A stretch of DNA of 64,000 nt from an uncultured Alphaproteobacteria bacterium (GCA_963779545.1 CAVZYQ010000017.1:54172-118171); one strand, 5' to 3'. Shown: positions 49,206 through 60,775, numbered from the stretch's first letter. A program made the numbers and translations. The notes: a model not told the origin generated them from the sequence alone.

Positions 49206-50632
49206 TCATCCGAGGGGCGCGCGTCTCAAGCGATGTATCCGCATCGGCAGCCCGTTCAGCGGGCGCAAGGTCATGCGCGCGAACGGCATGACCTCCGTGC
49301 CCTCGACCAATGTCAGCCTGAACCGCCGCGCGATCATCGCAAGCGCGAGCAGCGCCTCCTGCATGGCGAACGTCGCACCGACGCAGATGCGCGCGCCCGC
49401 ACCGAACGGCAGATAGGCAAAGCGCGGGATCGCGCCGCGCCGTTCGGGTGAGAAACCGCTCCGGAATGAACCGGTCGGCATCCGGCCACAGCTTGCGATG
49501 CCGGTGCAGCACCCACGGCGCGATGATGATGCGCGTTCCCGGAACGACCATCGCGTTGCCGAGCTGGTCGCGCCCGACCGCCTGCCGGCTCAGGAACGGC
49601 ATCGGCGGATAAAGCCGCATCGACTCTTCGAGGATCATGCGCGTGTTGATCAGACGGTCGACGTCGTCGACGCGCGGCGCATCGGCGCCGAACGGCTTCG
49701 CGCTTCCGCCGCCACCTGCGCATCGGCCTCGGGAAATTCCGACATCAGGAACAGCGTCCAGGCGAGCGCGTTCGCGGTGGTCTCGTGGCCGGCGCCGATG
49801 AAGGTGACGAGATTGTCGTGGATCACCTCGTCGCTCAGCGGCGCGCCGGTTTCCGGGTCGCGCGCCTCGATCAGCCGCGCCACCAGATCGCTCGGCACCG
49901 CTGCCCGCCGCGATGCGCGCGCGGCGGCGCTGCAGCAGCCGCCCCACCTCCTCGCGAAAGATCTTCTGCGCCGGCCGCGCGCGGATGAAGGCCGGGCGCG
50001 GCAGCCAGCGCGGCAACGGCAGCACGTCCCACAGGTCGATGCGCCCGAGCGCATCGAAATAGGTCGTGATCGCCTCGCCCATCACCTGCGGCGGGCGTCT
50101 CGATCTCGTGGGAAAACACCGTGCGCGAGATGATGTCGTAGGTCAGGTTCGTCATCTCGTGCGCGATGTCGACCACCGCGCCCGACTGCGCATGAGCCTC
50201 CCAACCGGCCAGCATCTCGTCGACCGAAGCCGCCATCGGCGCGAGATAGCTCTCGACCGCCGCCGGCTGGAACAGCGGCGCGACGGTGCGGCGCTGCAGC
50301 CGCCAGCTTTCGGGCTCGGCGGTCAGCAGCCCGCGCCCGATCGCGGGGGTGAGCTTCTCGAGCTGCAGGTCGTCCTTCGGATAATTCGCCGCATTGTCGA
50401 TCAGCACGCGGCGGATCAGGTCGGGATCGTTGACCAGCACGTAGCCGCCGAGCCGGTTGCGGTCGGCGATCAGCGGCTCCTCGAAGGCCTGGTCGCGCCA
50501 CGCCGTGATCGCGTTCGCCCGCAGCGCGCGATAAAGCGCGAGCGGCCCGAGCCGCCCGACCGGCGGCTGCGGCGCGGGCGGCCGGTAGTCCGCCCGGCGC
50601 GCGCGTGCCATCACGTCGGTGTCAATCGTCAT
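49206..50632 (-). pseudogene. Cytochrome P450, about four frameshifts
   Basis: Pieces lie in ORFs 49871..50632, 48865..50085, 49650..50054 and 49206..49481. The haem loop is FGAGARICVGATFA. Shifts are near 50095, 49910, 49700 and 49460. Confidence 0.8.
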
Positions 50633-50711
50633 GCCCTCGAACCTGCCGCCTGCACACCTTATTGTATAGAGAGACGCGCGCCGACGATGGCGCGCCGATC
50701 AAGGACGCATC

Positions 50712-52104
50712 ATGGCGAAGACCCGCACCGAAACCGACACCTTCGGCCCGATCGCGGTGCCGGCGGAGAAGCTCTGGGGCGCGCAGACGCAGCGCTCGCT
50801 GGAGAACTTCCGCATCGGCGAGGAGCGCATGCCGCTGCCGCTGATCCACGCGCTCGCCATCGTCAAGCGCGCCTCCGCGGAGGTGAACGTCGAGCTCGGC
50901 TCGCTCGACAAGCGCCGCGCGCGCGCGATCGTGCAGGCCGCACAGGAGGTGATCGACGGCACGCTCGACGATCATTTCCCGCTGGTCGTGTGGCAGACCG
51001 GCTCCGGCACGCAGACCAACATGAACCTGAACGAGGTGATCGCGAACCGCGCGAACGAGCTGCTCGGCGGCAAGCGCGGCGAGAAATCGCCGGTGCATCC
51101 GAACGATCACGTCAACATGAGCCAGTCGTCGAACGATGCGTTCCCGACCGCGATGCATATCGCGGCGGCGAGCGAGATCGCGCATCGGCTCGATCCGGCG
51201 CTCGCGCATCTGCATGGTGCGCTGAACAAGAAGGCGAAGGCGTTCGCCAGGATCGTCAAGATCGGCCGCACCCATACGCAGGACGCAACGCCGCTCACCC
51301 TCGGCCAGGAATTCTCCGGCTACGCCGAGCAGCTCAGGCTCGGCCGCGCGCGCGTGGGGCTTGTGCTGAAGCAGCTCTATCCGCTGGCGCAGGGCGGCAC
51401 CGCGGTCGGCACCGGCCTCAATGCCAAGCCGCGATTCGCCAAGCTGTTCGCCAAACGCGTCGCCGCGATCACCAAGCTGCCGTTCGTCTCGGCGCCGAAC
51501 AAGTTCGAGGCGCTCGCCTCGAACGACGCCTACGTGTTCGTGCACGGCGCGCTCGACTCGGTCGCGGCCGGCCTGTTCAAGATCGCGAACGACATCCGCT
51601 TCCTCGGCTCGGGCCCGCGCTCCGGGCTCGGCGAACTGATCCTGCCGGAGAACGAGCCCGGCTCATCGATCATGCCCGGCAAGGTCAACCCGACGCAGAG
51701 CGAGGCGCTGACGATGGTGTGCACGCGCGTGTTCGGCAACCAGACGACCAGTCGCGGTGGCCGGCTCGCAGGGACATTTCGAGCTCAACGTCTACAAGCC
51801 GGTGCTCGCCTACGCGATGCTGCAATCGATCCGCCTGCTCGCCGATGCGGCGCGCTCATTCACCGACAATTGCGTCGTCGGCATCGAGGCGAACGAGACG
51901 CGCATCCGCGAATTGACCGAACGCTCGCTGATGCTCGTCACGGCGCTCGCGCCGAAGATCGGCTACGACAAGGCGGCGAAGATCGCCAAGACCGCACACG
52001 CCAAGGGAACGACCTTGCGCGAGGAAGCGGTCGGCGGCGGCTACGTCACGGCGGCCGAATTCGACCGCCTGGTGCGGCCGGAAAAGATGGTTCGGCCGGG
52101 CTGA
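50712..52104 (+). pseudogene. fumC: Class II fumarate hydratase, one frameshift
   Basis: [29 protein letters not shown]...[16 protein letters not shown] continues in ORF 51757..52104. Shift near 51750. Confidence 0.9.
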
Positions 52105-52586
52105 CTGCTCCGCGTGTCCAGCATCTCGAGGCGTGTCCGAAAGGGAACTACTGCGAAGCTCGACGATCATCTGTCCGTTTATTACGCAGCTGTTCTTGTG
52201 AATTGTTCGAACGTGAGCAGTAGAGCATTTTCACAGATATACCACTGCAAAGTATTCATTGTTTCATTATACAAAACTACGTGAAAGTCGAAATAACGAC
52301 TCAAATAGTGTTTCGTATTGACCTCTTTCATCGTTCAGCTATACAGCCGCATAACATGTTAAGTATGCGAAAGTTATGTCCTATAAATTTATTGGCCGAA
52401 AAGATTTCGCTGGCCGATCACCGACTTTTTTCTTGCAAAGAAGCAAGATTTACCGTCAGCTTTCACCCATATTCTGCATCGCCCAAACGGAGGGCGGTGA
52501 AGGTCCGCCGGTCGAAACGGGCCGAGCAACGGTAGCACGCTACAGCGTTTGCGTTCGGTCACAGCGCTCGGACGCTGGCTCTAGCG

Positions 52587-52787
52587 GTGAAGGTCACGAT
52601 GGGCGAGATCGTCAATCTGCGCAGGGCGCGCAAGGAAGCCAGGCGGCGCGACGACGCTGAGCGCGCCGCGGCCAATCGGATCGCTCACGGCCGCACGAAG
52701 GCGGAAAAGACCCTGCAGGAAGCCCGCTCCGAAAAAGTTCGCCGCATTCTCGATGCACACAAGATCGACACGGGAGACACTCGATGA
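52587..52787 (+). CDS. DUF4169 family small protein
   Basis: MGEIVNLRRARKEARRRDDAERAAANRIAHGRTKAEK... The start is GTG 52587 or ATG 52599. Confidence 0.65.
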   Translation: MKVTMGEIVNLRRARKEARRRDDAERAAANRIAHGRTKAEKTLQEARSEKVRRILDAHKIDTGDTR

Positions 52788-53080
52788 AATCGCCGGTTGT
52801 CAAACGCTCGATCGTCATCGCGGGACACAAGACCAGCGTCAGCCTTGAGGATGCGTTCTGGAGCGGCCTGAAGGATATCGCGGTGTCGCGCAACCAGACG
52901 CTCTCGGAGCTTGTCGCTTCGATCGACACGGATCGCCGCCAAGGCAACCTGTCGTCGGCGATCAGGCTGTTCGTGCTGGATCACTATCGCACGCTGGCCG
53001 GCAGCGCCGGCGCGCGGTCTGCCGAGGCGCGTGAAGCCGGCGGCGGACGCCCGGCGATGTCAGCGCTGTATCCCGAATAG
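52784..53080 (+). CDS. Ribbon-helix-helix domain protein (RHH_4-like)
   Basis: MKSPVVKRSIVIAGHKTSVSLEDAFWSGLKDIA... The start overlaps the previous stop (ATGA). Confidence 0.7.
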   Translation: MKSPVVKRSIVIAGHKTSVSLEDAFWSGLKDIAVSRNQTLSELVASIDTDRRQGNLSSAIRLFVLDHYRTLAGSAGARSAEAREAGGGRPAMSALYPE

Positions 53081-53084
53081 CGTT

Positions 53085-56000
53085 TCAAGCGCCGAGCGCG
53101 GCGGCGGCAGCGCGGCGGCGCTTGCGTCGCGGCGCCGGGCGCTCGGTGCGCGTCGATTTCGCGGCGCCCGGAGCGGGTCCGATATTCAAAGGCGGCGGCA
53201 GCGCCGGCGCGCGTTCGGCGGCGGGCGCCGCAGGACGCGGCAGGGCGCTTGGCGGACGCGACGGCGCGCTGCGGCGGCGGCGCAGCGGTCCCGCTTTCAT
53301 CCAGGATCGACGGGGGCGGCATCGCAGCAGCAGCCGCGGCGGCCCTTGCCTCAAGCTCGCGCCGCTCCGCATCCCGCCGCTCCGCCTCGCGCCGTTCGGC
53401 TTCGCGCGTTCCGTTCGCGCCGCTCGGCGTCCGGCGTTCGGCCTCGATCACATCGAGCGTCTTCGCCTGGCGCTCGACCGAACGCAGCATCAGGAATCCG
53501 GCGAGCGTCGAAACATCGATCGTGCGCTTCGGCGCTGTAATCGGCCCCTTCAGTGCGACCAGAATTTCCGGCCGTATCGTGTTCGAGCCTTCGGCGATCG
53601 TCGGGCCGGAGAGCGTCAAGCCGCGCATCCATCGATGCCATCGGACAGGTCGGCGCCGCCGACAAGCGACAGGTCCGCGCCCTGCCCGTAGACCATCGTC
53701 TTGCCGACGCGCGCTTGGCCGGCGGTCACGGTGACCGGCGCATCGAGCCGCGGCACGGCGAGATAGCCGCCGTCGAGGACGGTGGCGACGACATCGCGAA
53801 TTCGCGCGGCATCGACCGCCGTGCTCTGGTCGGCCGCGCGGATCGCCGCGTTGAACGCCTTCGGATCGAGGCCGGAGATCTGCGCATCCTCCAGCGTGAT
53901 CATGCCGCTGCCGCTCGAGCGAACCGATCAGCGACGCGGCGCTGAGCCCGCTGCCCTCGAAATCGGCAGAGAGACCGATGCGGCCATTGACGACCGGCTT
54001 GCCTTCACTCGGCAGGACCGCGGCCGCGTCTGCGTTGGCGAGCGAAATACGCGCGCGCGCCGCGATGCCATCGGCATTCCGGCGCAGCACCAGTTGACCT
54101 GTTGCGCGGCCGCCCGCGAGCGTGCCCTCGACGTCGTCGAGCGCGACCTCGCCCGCGCCGAGACGCAGCGTCGCCCGCATCTGCCGGCCGACCAGCGCGG
54201 GCGTCAGCGTCGCGCGCCCTGCGCTGATTGCGATGCGCCCTTCGTAACCGGCGAGCGCGCCTTCGCCGAACGGATCGCCGGTCCAGAACGCGGTGTCGCC
54301 GCGCGCCGCCTTCGGCATTCCGGCGAGCATCGCCAGCAGCGGCATGACGTCGAGCGCGTCAGCCTCGATCTGGCCTTCGATTTTCTTCGCCGACGCGAGA
54401 TCGAGCTTGAGCTTGCCGCGCACCGGCGCGCCGGCGACGATGCCGGTGATGCGAATCGAGCGCGAACTCGTTCGGATTTGCGTTCAGCTTGGCGCGCAGC
54501 GCGACCGGCAGCAGCGCGGTCGCTTGCGCGGCGGCGCCGCGCCGCAACGGGCTCATGTCGGCGGCCTGCAGGGTGAGATCGAGCGCGCCCGCCAATCCGC
54601 TCGCGCTGAACAGCCGCGCGGTGCCGTTGGCGCTCGCCGTCAGTCCGCCTGCATTCAGCTTCGCATCGACCCGCGCATCGCTGCCCGCGGCGCTGCGCAC
54701 CACAAGGCTCAGCGTGCCGGCGCGCTTGTCGACCTTGAGCGCACGATCGAGCCCGAGCAGTCCGACCAGCGCCATGCCGTCTGTCGCGCTCACCTGCCCG
54801 TCGAGCCGGAACTCCGGCAGCGTCAAGCGCCGCAAGATCGCCCGCCGCCTCCGCGCCGATCTTCATGCGCAGCGCGCCGGCGGTGCCGTCGAGCGCGAGC
54901 TTGACCCGCTCGGGCCGCCCGGATTGGTCGAGATCACCGGCTCGATGCCGAGCGTCGCATGCGTCTTGAGCGGAACGATGCGCGAGGCGGCCTGGCGCAG
55001 CGGGTCCGCTGCCGCCGGCAGATATTTCGACGAGGATCGCGATCGTGCCGTCGAGCCCGCGCGCATCGACGTCGAACGTCACCGTGCCGCGCGGCGCGTC
55101 GAGCGCGCCTTCCATCCGGCCGTTCAGGTTGAATGCCGCATCGGCGAGATCGGCGATGCGCACGCGATCGAATGTGACGCCCGCGGGATCGAGCTTGAAC
55201 GTTCCGCTCACGCCCTTGACATCGACGCCGGCGAGCGTGGCGCGCCCGATATCGACCACCAGCGACACATCGCGCGGGCGTTCGACCGCGCTGCCGTCGA
55301 GCGCCGCGCGCGCGAACGCCAGCACGCCATCGACATCGAGTTCGCCGGCCTTGAGTTCCGCGTCGAGGCGTGGCGCCTTCGCGCCGTCCGCGCCCGCATA
55401 GGCGAAACGGCCCTCGACGGTCTTGCGGTCGAACTCGAACTTGAAGCCGCTCGACCGCGAACTCCTGCGCGCCGACCGTGACATCGCCGCTGGCGCGCAG
55501 CAGGCCGGCCTGCCGCTGGCTCGCGTCGGCGCGGCCTTCGAGCCAGCGCGACGAACGCCTTGCGGATCGCTCGCCTCGATCTGCGCCGGCCCTTTGAACG
55601 TCACCGCCTGCCCGGCGCGCCACGCGTCCGCTGAGGCGAAGCTGCGCAAAACCCGGCGCGCGGAATTCGAGCGTCTCGATGTCCCAGCCGTCGCTGTCGA
55701 GCGTCAGGTCGCCGCGCAGGTTCTGCAGCGTCCCGGACGCGAGCGTCACCGCATCGACGCCGATGCCGAGCCGCACCGGGAATGGCGGGCGATAGGACGA
55801 CGGCGAGCGGCTCGATGAAGGCTTTGAGCGCGGCGAGCGGCAAGCGGCCGACGCCTCCGGCAGCGCCAGCGCGCGATCGAGGTCGACCTGCCGCGCCGAC
55901 AGCACGCCGTCGAAGCGCGGCTCCTTGCCGAAACGCAACTCGGCCGTGCCGGTCAGCTTGATGGCGCGCTCGTCCGGCCCGTACTGGTATTCGAGCTGTT

Positions 56001-56819
56001 CGAACAGCGCCTGCGCGGGAGTGGCCTTCACCTTCGCGCTCGCGCGCCACGGCATCGCGACGGTGCCACGCCCGCTCGCGCCCGCGACCGCAACCGGCCG
56101 CGCGAGCGTCAGCGTGCCCTCGAAGCGCGGAGCGTTGTCTTCGAACCGCACCGCGCCGTCGGCCTCGATGGCGAGCGGCTGATCGGCGGGATCGAGGCCG
56201 AGCTTGATCTTCATGCCGTCGTCGGCCGACGCGGCTGCCGGCGAAAGCGGTAGCCGTAGCGCTCGCCGCCCGACCGTGAAACCGCCCTCGCCTTTCACCG
56301 GCCCAAGCAGCGAGCGCAGGTCGCCCTTGAACCAGAACGCCTTCGAGTTGCGTCTGCGTGCCGCTCGCGCCGTCGCTGAACGCGATGCGGCCGTCCTCGA
56401 TCGCGACCTTCTCGATCTGCAACTGATCGGGATCGAATCCAAGGCGCGCTGCCGGCCAGTCGAGCTTTCCATTCCCCGCGACGCTGAGCGACATCTGCGG
56501 GTCCGACGACGCGCAACTCGGCGGCGCGAAATTCGCCGCGCATCAGCGAGCCGAGCGCCAACTCGGCATAAAGCTCGCGCGCCTTCGCCTGCGGCTGCGC
56601 GGCGCTGCCGATTTCGACGCGCCCGAGCGTCAGCGTCGGCGTGGGCAGCAGGCGCACATCGATCGCCCCGCCGATGCGCACCGGCACGCCGGCAAGCTTC
56701 GTCGCCTCGCTCTCGATGGTGGCGCGGTATTTGGTCCAGTCGACGAAATGCGGACCGACCAGCGCCGCGAGCAGCGCCAGGATGATCGCTCCAGCTATTC
56801 CGAGCAGGGTCGCCTGCAC
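53085..56819 (-). pseudogene. AsmA family outer-membrane-biogenesis protein (about 1240 codons), many frameshifts
   Basis: The N-terminus MQATLLGIAGAIILALLAALVGPHFVDWTKYR is in ORF 56295..56819. The body is spread over ORFs 54934..56847, 55601..56494, 54204..55649, 52984..54423 and 53085..53372. Confidence 0.65.
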
Positions 56820-56935
56820 CGCGTGCTCCGAGCCCTTCGGTCCGCAATGCCGGACCGTATCAGCCCCAATGCCGAATAATGCCGGATTCTAGCCGATTCA
56901 ACGCGGCGATTATATGTCGGATGGGCTTAAGTCGA

Positions 56936-58347
56936 TCAAATTGCGACGATTTTGCCGGGATTCATGATGTCCTGCGGGTCGAGCGCGTGCTTGATCGCGC
57001 GCATCGACGGACAGCGCCTCGCCGTGCTCGGCCTTGAGATATTTCATCTTGCCCTGCCCGACGCCGTGCTCGCCGGTGCAGGTTCCGTCCATGGCGAGCG
57101 CCCGCTCGACCAGCCGCTCGTTGAAGGCCTTGGCGGTCGCGACCTCCGCCGGATCGTCCATGTCGAGCAGCAGCGTCAGGTGGAAATTGCCGTCGCCGAC
57201 ATGGCCGACGATCGGCGCGATCAGCTTGTGTTCGGCGATGTCGCGCTGGGTCTCGGTGACGCATTCGGCGAGCCGCGACAGCGGCACGCAGACGTCGGTC
57301 GCGAACGCCTTGGCGCCGGGCCGCAGACGATGACGGCCCAATAGCGCGTCGTGGCGCGCCTGCCAGAGCTTGGTGCGCTCCTCGGGCTTGGTCGTCCACT
57401 TGAACGGCCCGCCGCCGAGCTCCTCCGCGATCTCGCCGAAGCGCTCCGACTGCTCGGCGACGCCCGCCGCGGTGCCGTGGAACTCCAGGAACAGCATCGG
57501 CGTCTCCGGCAGCGTCGAGCTTGGAATAGACGTTGACAGGCTTTGACCTGCAGCGCGTCGAGCAGCTCGATGCGCGCGACCGGAATGCCGGACTGGATCG
57601 TCACGATGGCGGCGTTGCAGGCGGCCTCGACCGACGGGAACGGACAGATGCCGCCGGAAATCGCCTCCGGGATGCCGTGCAGCTTCAGCGTCAGCTCGGT
57701 GATGACGCCGAGCGTGCCCTCCGAGCCGACCATCAGCCGCGTCAGGTCGTAGCCGGCGGAGGATTTCTTCGCGCGCCGCGCCGTCGTGATCATCTCGCCG
57801 TTCGCCAGCACCACTTTGAGCGACAGCACGTTGTCCTTCATGGTGCCGTAGCGCACCGCGTTGGTGCCGGAGCGCGCGTCGCCGCCATGCCGCCGAGCGA
57901 GGCGTCGGCGCCGGGATCGATCGGGAAGAACACGCCCTGGTCGCGCAGATATTCGTTGAGCGCCTTGCGCGTGATGCCGGGCTCGACCACGCAGTCGAGA
58001 TCTTCGGCATGCACCGCGAGCACCCGGTTCATGTCGCGGAAGTCGATCGAGACGCCGCCGTGCGGCGCGTTGACGTGGCCTTCGAGCGAGGTGCCGGTGC
58101 CGAACGGGATGACCGGCACGCGATGCTGCGCGCAGATGCGCACGGCGTCCTGCACGTCCTCGGTCGATTGCGGAAACACCACCGCGTCCGGCGGCTGGTT
58201 CTCGATCCAGGTGAGCGGTGTTGCCGTGCTGCTCGCGCACCGCCTGCGAGGTGACGAGCCGGTTGCCGAAGCTGCGCGGCGAGCGCGCTCACCGCCGCAT
58301 CGACATCGCTTTGGGTTGCGCCGGGAAATAACTTCCGCCACTGCCAT
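56936..58347 (-). pseudogene. FAD-linked oxidase (GlcD / D-lactate dehydrogenase-like), about six frameshifts
   Basis: Pieces lie in ORFs 57838..58347, 57221..58240 and 56910..58010. The tail MRAIKHALDPQDIMNPGKIVAI ends at TGA 56936-56938. Confidence 0.75.
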
Positions 58348-58431
58348 CGGATTCTCCTGCCCGGCGGCAAGTTAGCAACGCAAGCGGCGCCGGCAAAGCC
58401 GCGGCGCGCCACGCATTGTTTCGCATTTCCG

Positions 58432-59201
58432 TCAGGCGGCGATGGTTTCCCGCTTCGTGAGTTCGGGCGCCGCGCCGCGTCCGGACTTCGGGAATAGCAT
58501 CCGACGCGTTCGCGGTAGCGGCGGTACTCGTCGCCGAACAGCGCGACCAGGTCGCGCTCCTCCAGCAAGATGCCGACGAAGATGTAGGCCGTCGTCACCG
58601 CCGCGAACAGCAGGTGCCCGACCGTCATCGTCGGCGCCGCCCAGAACGCGATGATGAAGCCGAGATAGATCGGGTGCCGCACCACCTTGTAGAGCATCGG
58701 CGTCTTGAAGCGCGGCGCCGGCATGTCGCGGCCGGAGAGATTGTTGACGACCTGATGCAGCCCGAACAGCTCGAAGTGGTTGATCAGGAACGTGCTGGTC
58801 AGCACGATCAGCCAGCCGACCAACGAAAGCGCCGGTGATCGCGATCGCGGCGGCGGGTCGGTGACCTGCCAGACCACCGCCGGGATCGGCCGCCACTGCC
58901 AGAACAGCAGGACCAGCGCGAGGCTGGCGAGCAGCACATAGGTGCTGCGCTCGACCGATTTCGGCACGAATTGCGTCCACCAGCGCTTGAATTCCTGGCG
59001 CGCCATCACGCTGTGCTGGATGGCGAACAGCGACATCAGCAGCAGATTGACGATGAGCGCTTCGGTGAGCGGCACCGACCGCGCCGCTGTCGATGGTCTT
59101 CGGCACCACCAGGCCGTTGACGAAGCCGATGGCGTAGAGAAACGTGACGAAGAACAGCAGATAGCTGGCAACTCCGTAAAGAAGAGCGAGAACCGTCCCA
59201 T
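58432..59201 (-). pseudogene. ICMT/PEMT-type membrane methyltransferase (MddA-like), several frameshifts
   Basis: [23 protein letters not shown]..., ...[10 protein letters not shown]..., ...[21 protein letters not shown]... are split between ORFs 58029..59201 and 58432..59463. Alternative in-frame starts are at 59244 and 59394. Confidence 0.6.
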
Positions 59202-59212
59202 GGTGTCCTCCC

Positions 59213-59394
59213 TCAGCGCGCGGTCGCCGGAACGGCGTGCACATGTCCGCCGTCGCGGCGACGGCGGCGCGAACGAAGCGCACGATCCCCTTCAGCATTG
59301 CCTTCATTTCGGCGCGGCGTTCGGCCAGACCTTGGTCGCGATAGAATTCGATGTCGATCGAGCCATCGGGGCGGCGGCGGACGTCGTTTGTCAT
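59213..59394 (-). CDS. Possible small protein [36 protein letters not shown]...; end uncertain
   Basis: GGGAGA lies upstream of ATG 59394. There is no in-frame stop before the methyltransferase body, and the nearest TGA (59213-59215) is out of frame. Confidence 0.3.
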
Positions 59395-59528
59395 CGTCTT
59401 CTCCCACGGTTTCGGCCGCGCCAATCGCGACCGGCATGCGTGGAGAATGCGCGCGTGCGACACGGAAGACTTTGCGGAGCGCTTGATTTGTCCTTGAGAT
59501 AACCCTGATTATTTCCCGAGAGGCACAG

Positions 59529-60722
59529 GTGCGGATTCAGTTTGCGGAGTATGCGCTCGATATCGGCCGCCGGGAGCTGCGCCGGGGCTCGGCGCTTGTC
59601 GACATCGAACCACAAGTCTTTGATCTGCTTGTTTATCTGATCCAGAACCGCGATCACGTCGTCAGCAAGGACGACCTCATCGCGTCGGTTTGGGGCGGAC
59701 GGATCGTCTCGGACTCCACCCTCACCAGCCGCATCACCGCCGCCCGCAAGGCAATCGGAGATTCCGGCGAGCAACAGGCGCTGATCCGCACCGTCCCGCG
59801 CAAGGGAATCCGTTTCGTCGGCGAGGTGAGCGAAGCCGCCGAAGCCGCTCAGTCCTCAACAGTTTCACCGGCTAGGCCGGAGGACCTTCGCCAGGACGTG
59901 CACTTCTGCACCGCTCCAGACGGCACGCGCATCGCCTACGCGTCCGTTGGCCAGGGACCGCCGCTGATCAAGACCGCGAACTGGCTCAATCACCTGGAAT
60001 ACGACTGGGAAAGTCCGGTCTGGAGCCCCTTCCTCCATGAGATCGCGGCCCAGCATCAGCTCATCCGCTATGACGCGCGCGGCAACGGCCTCTCTGATTG
60101 GGACGTTGCCAATCTCTCGCTCGACGATTTCGTCCGCGATCTTGAGACCGTGGTCGAGGCAACCGGCCTGAAGCGCTTCTCGCTCTTTGGAATGTCGCAG
60201 GGATGCTCGATCGCGATCAGCTACGCGGTGCGCCATCCCGAGCGCGTCAGCCACCTCGTGCTGTTCGGCTCATTCGCGCGCGGGCGGGGAAAGCGCGGCT
60301 CGCCGCAGGACGCCGCGAGCGCGCAAGCGATGGCAACGCTGATGCGTCAGGGCTGGGGACAGGAAAATCCTGCCTTCCGCCAGATGTTCACCTCGTTGTT
60401 CATTCCGGGCGGAACGCCAGAGCAGTGGCAGTGGTGGAACGACTTGCAGCGCATCACGACATCGCCGGACAACGCCGTGCGGCTGCGCCAGATGGTCGAC
60501 GAGCTCGATATCACTGACCTTCTGCCGCGCGTCCGTACGCCGACGCTGGTGCTCCATTGCCGCGATGACGCCGTGCAGCCCTTCGACGAGGGCCGGCGCG
60601 TCGCAGCCGGCATCCCGGGCGCCCGCTTCATCGCCCTTGAGGGACGCAATCATGTCCCCCTCAAGGGCGAACCGGCCTGGACACGGCTCCTCGACGAGAT
60701 GCGCGATTTTCTTCGCACCTGA
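59529..60722 (+). CDS. Winged-helix (OmpR/PhoB-type) DNA-binding domain fused to an alpha/beta-hydrolase domain
   Basis: Intact 397 aa with GTG start. The N-terminus has ...VFDLLVYLIQNRDHVVSKDDLIASVWGGRIVSDSTLTSRITAARKAIGD...IRTVPRKGIRF. The C-terminal part has GMSQGCS and is hydrolase-fold-like. Confidence 0.8.
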   Translation: MRIQFAEYALDIGRRELRRGSALVDIEPQVFDLLVYLIQNRDHVVSKDDLIASVWGGRIVSDSTLTSRITAARKAIGDSGEQQALIRTVPRKGIRFVGEVSEAAEAAQSSTVSPARPEDLRQDVHFCTAPDGTRIAYASVGQGPPLIKTANWLNHLEYDWESPVWSPFLHEIAAQHQLIRYDARGNGLSDWDVANLSLDDFVRDLETVVEATGLKRFSLFGMSQGCSIAISYAVRHPERVSHLVLFGSFARGRGKRGSPQDAASAQAMATLMRQGWGQENPAFRQMFTSLFIPGGTPEQWQWWNDLQRITTSPDNAVRLRQMVDELDITDLLPRVRTPTLVLHCRDDAVQPFDEGRRVAAGIPGARFIALEGRNHVPLKGEPAWTRLLDEMRDFLRT

Positions 60723-60775
60723 CCTGACGACGCGCTTCCAACCGTCCGCGAATATGGCATTATTCATGCGCCGGG

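Noticed and set aside
52281-52535. 84-aa ORF inside the AT-rich island
   Set aside because: It has a GTG start without an SD. Its sequence crosses from AT-rich into GC-rich DNA with no recognisable features, and it overlaps the likely promoter and leader of the DUF4169 gene.
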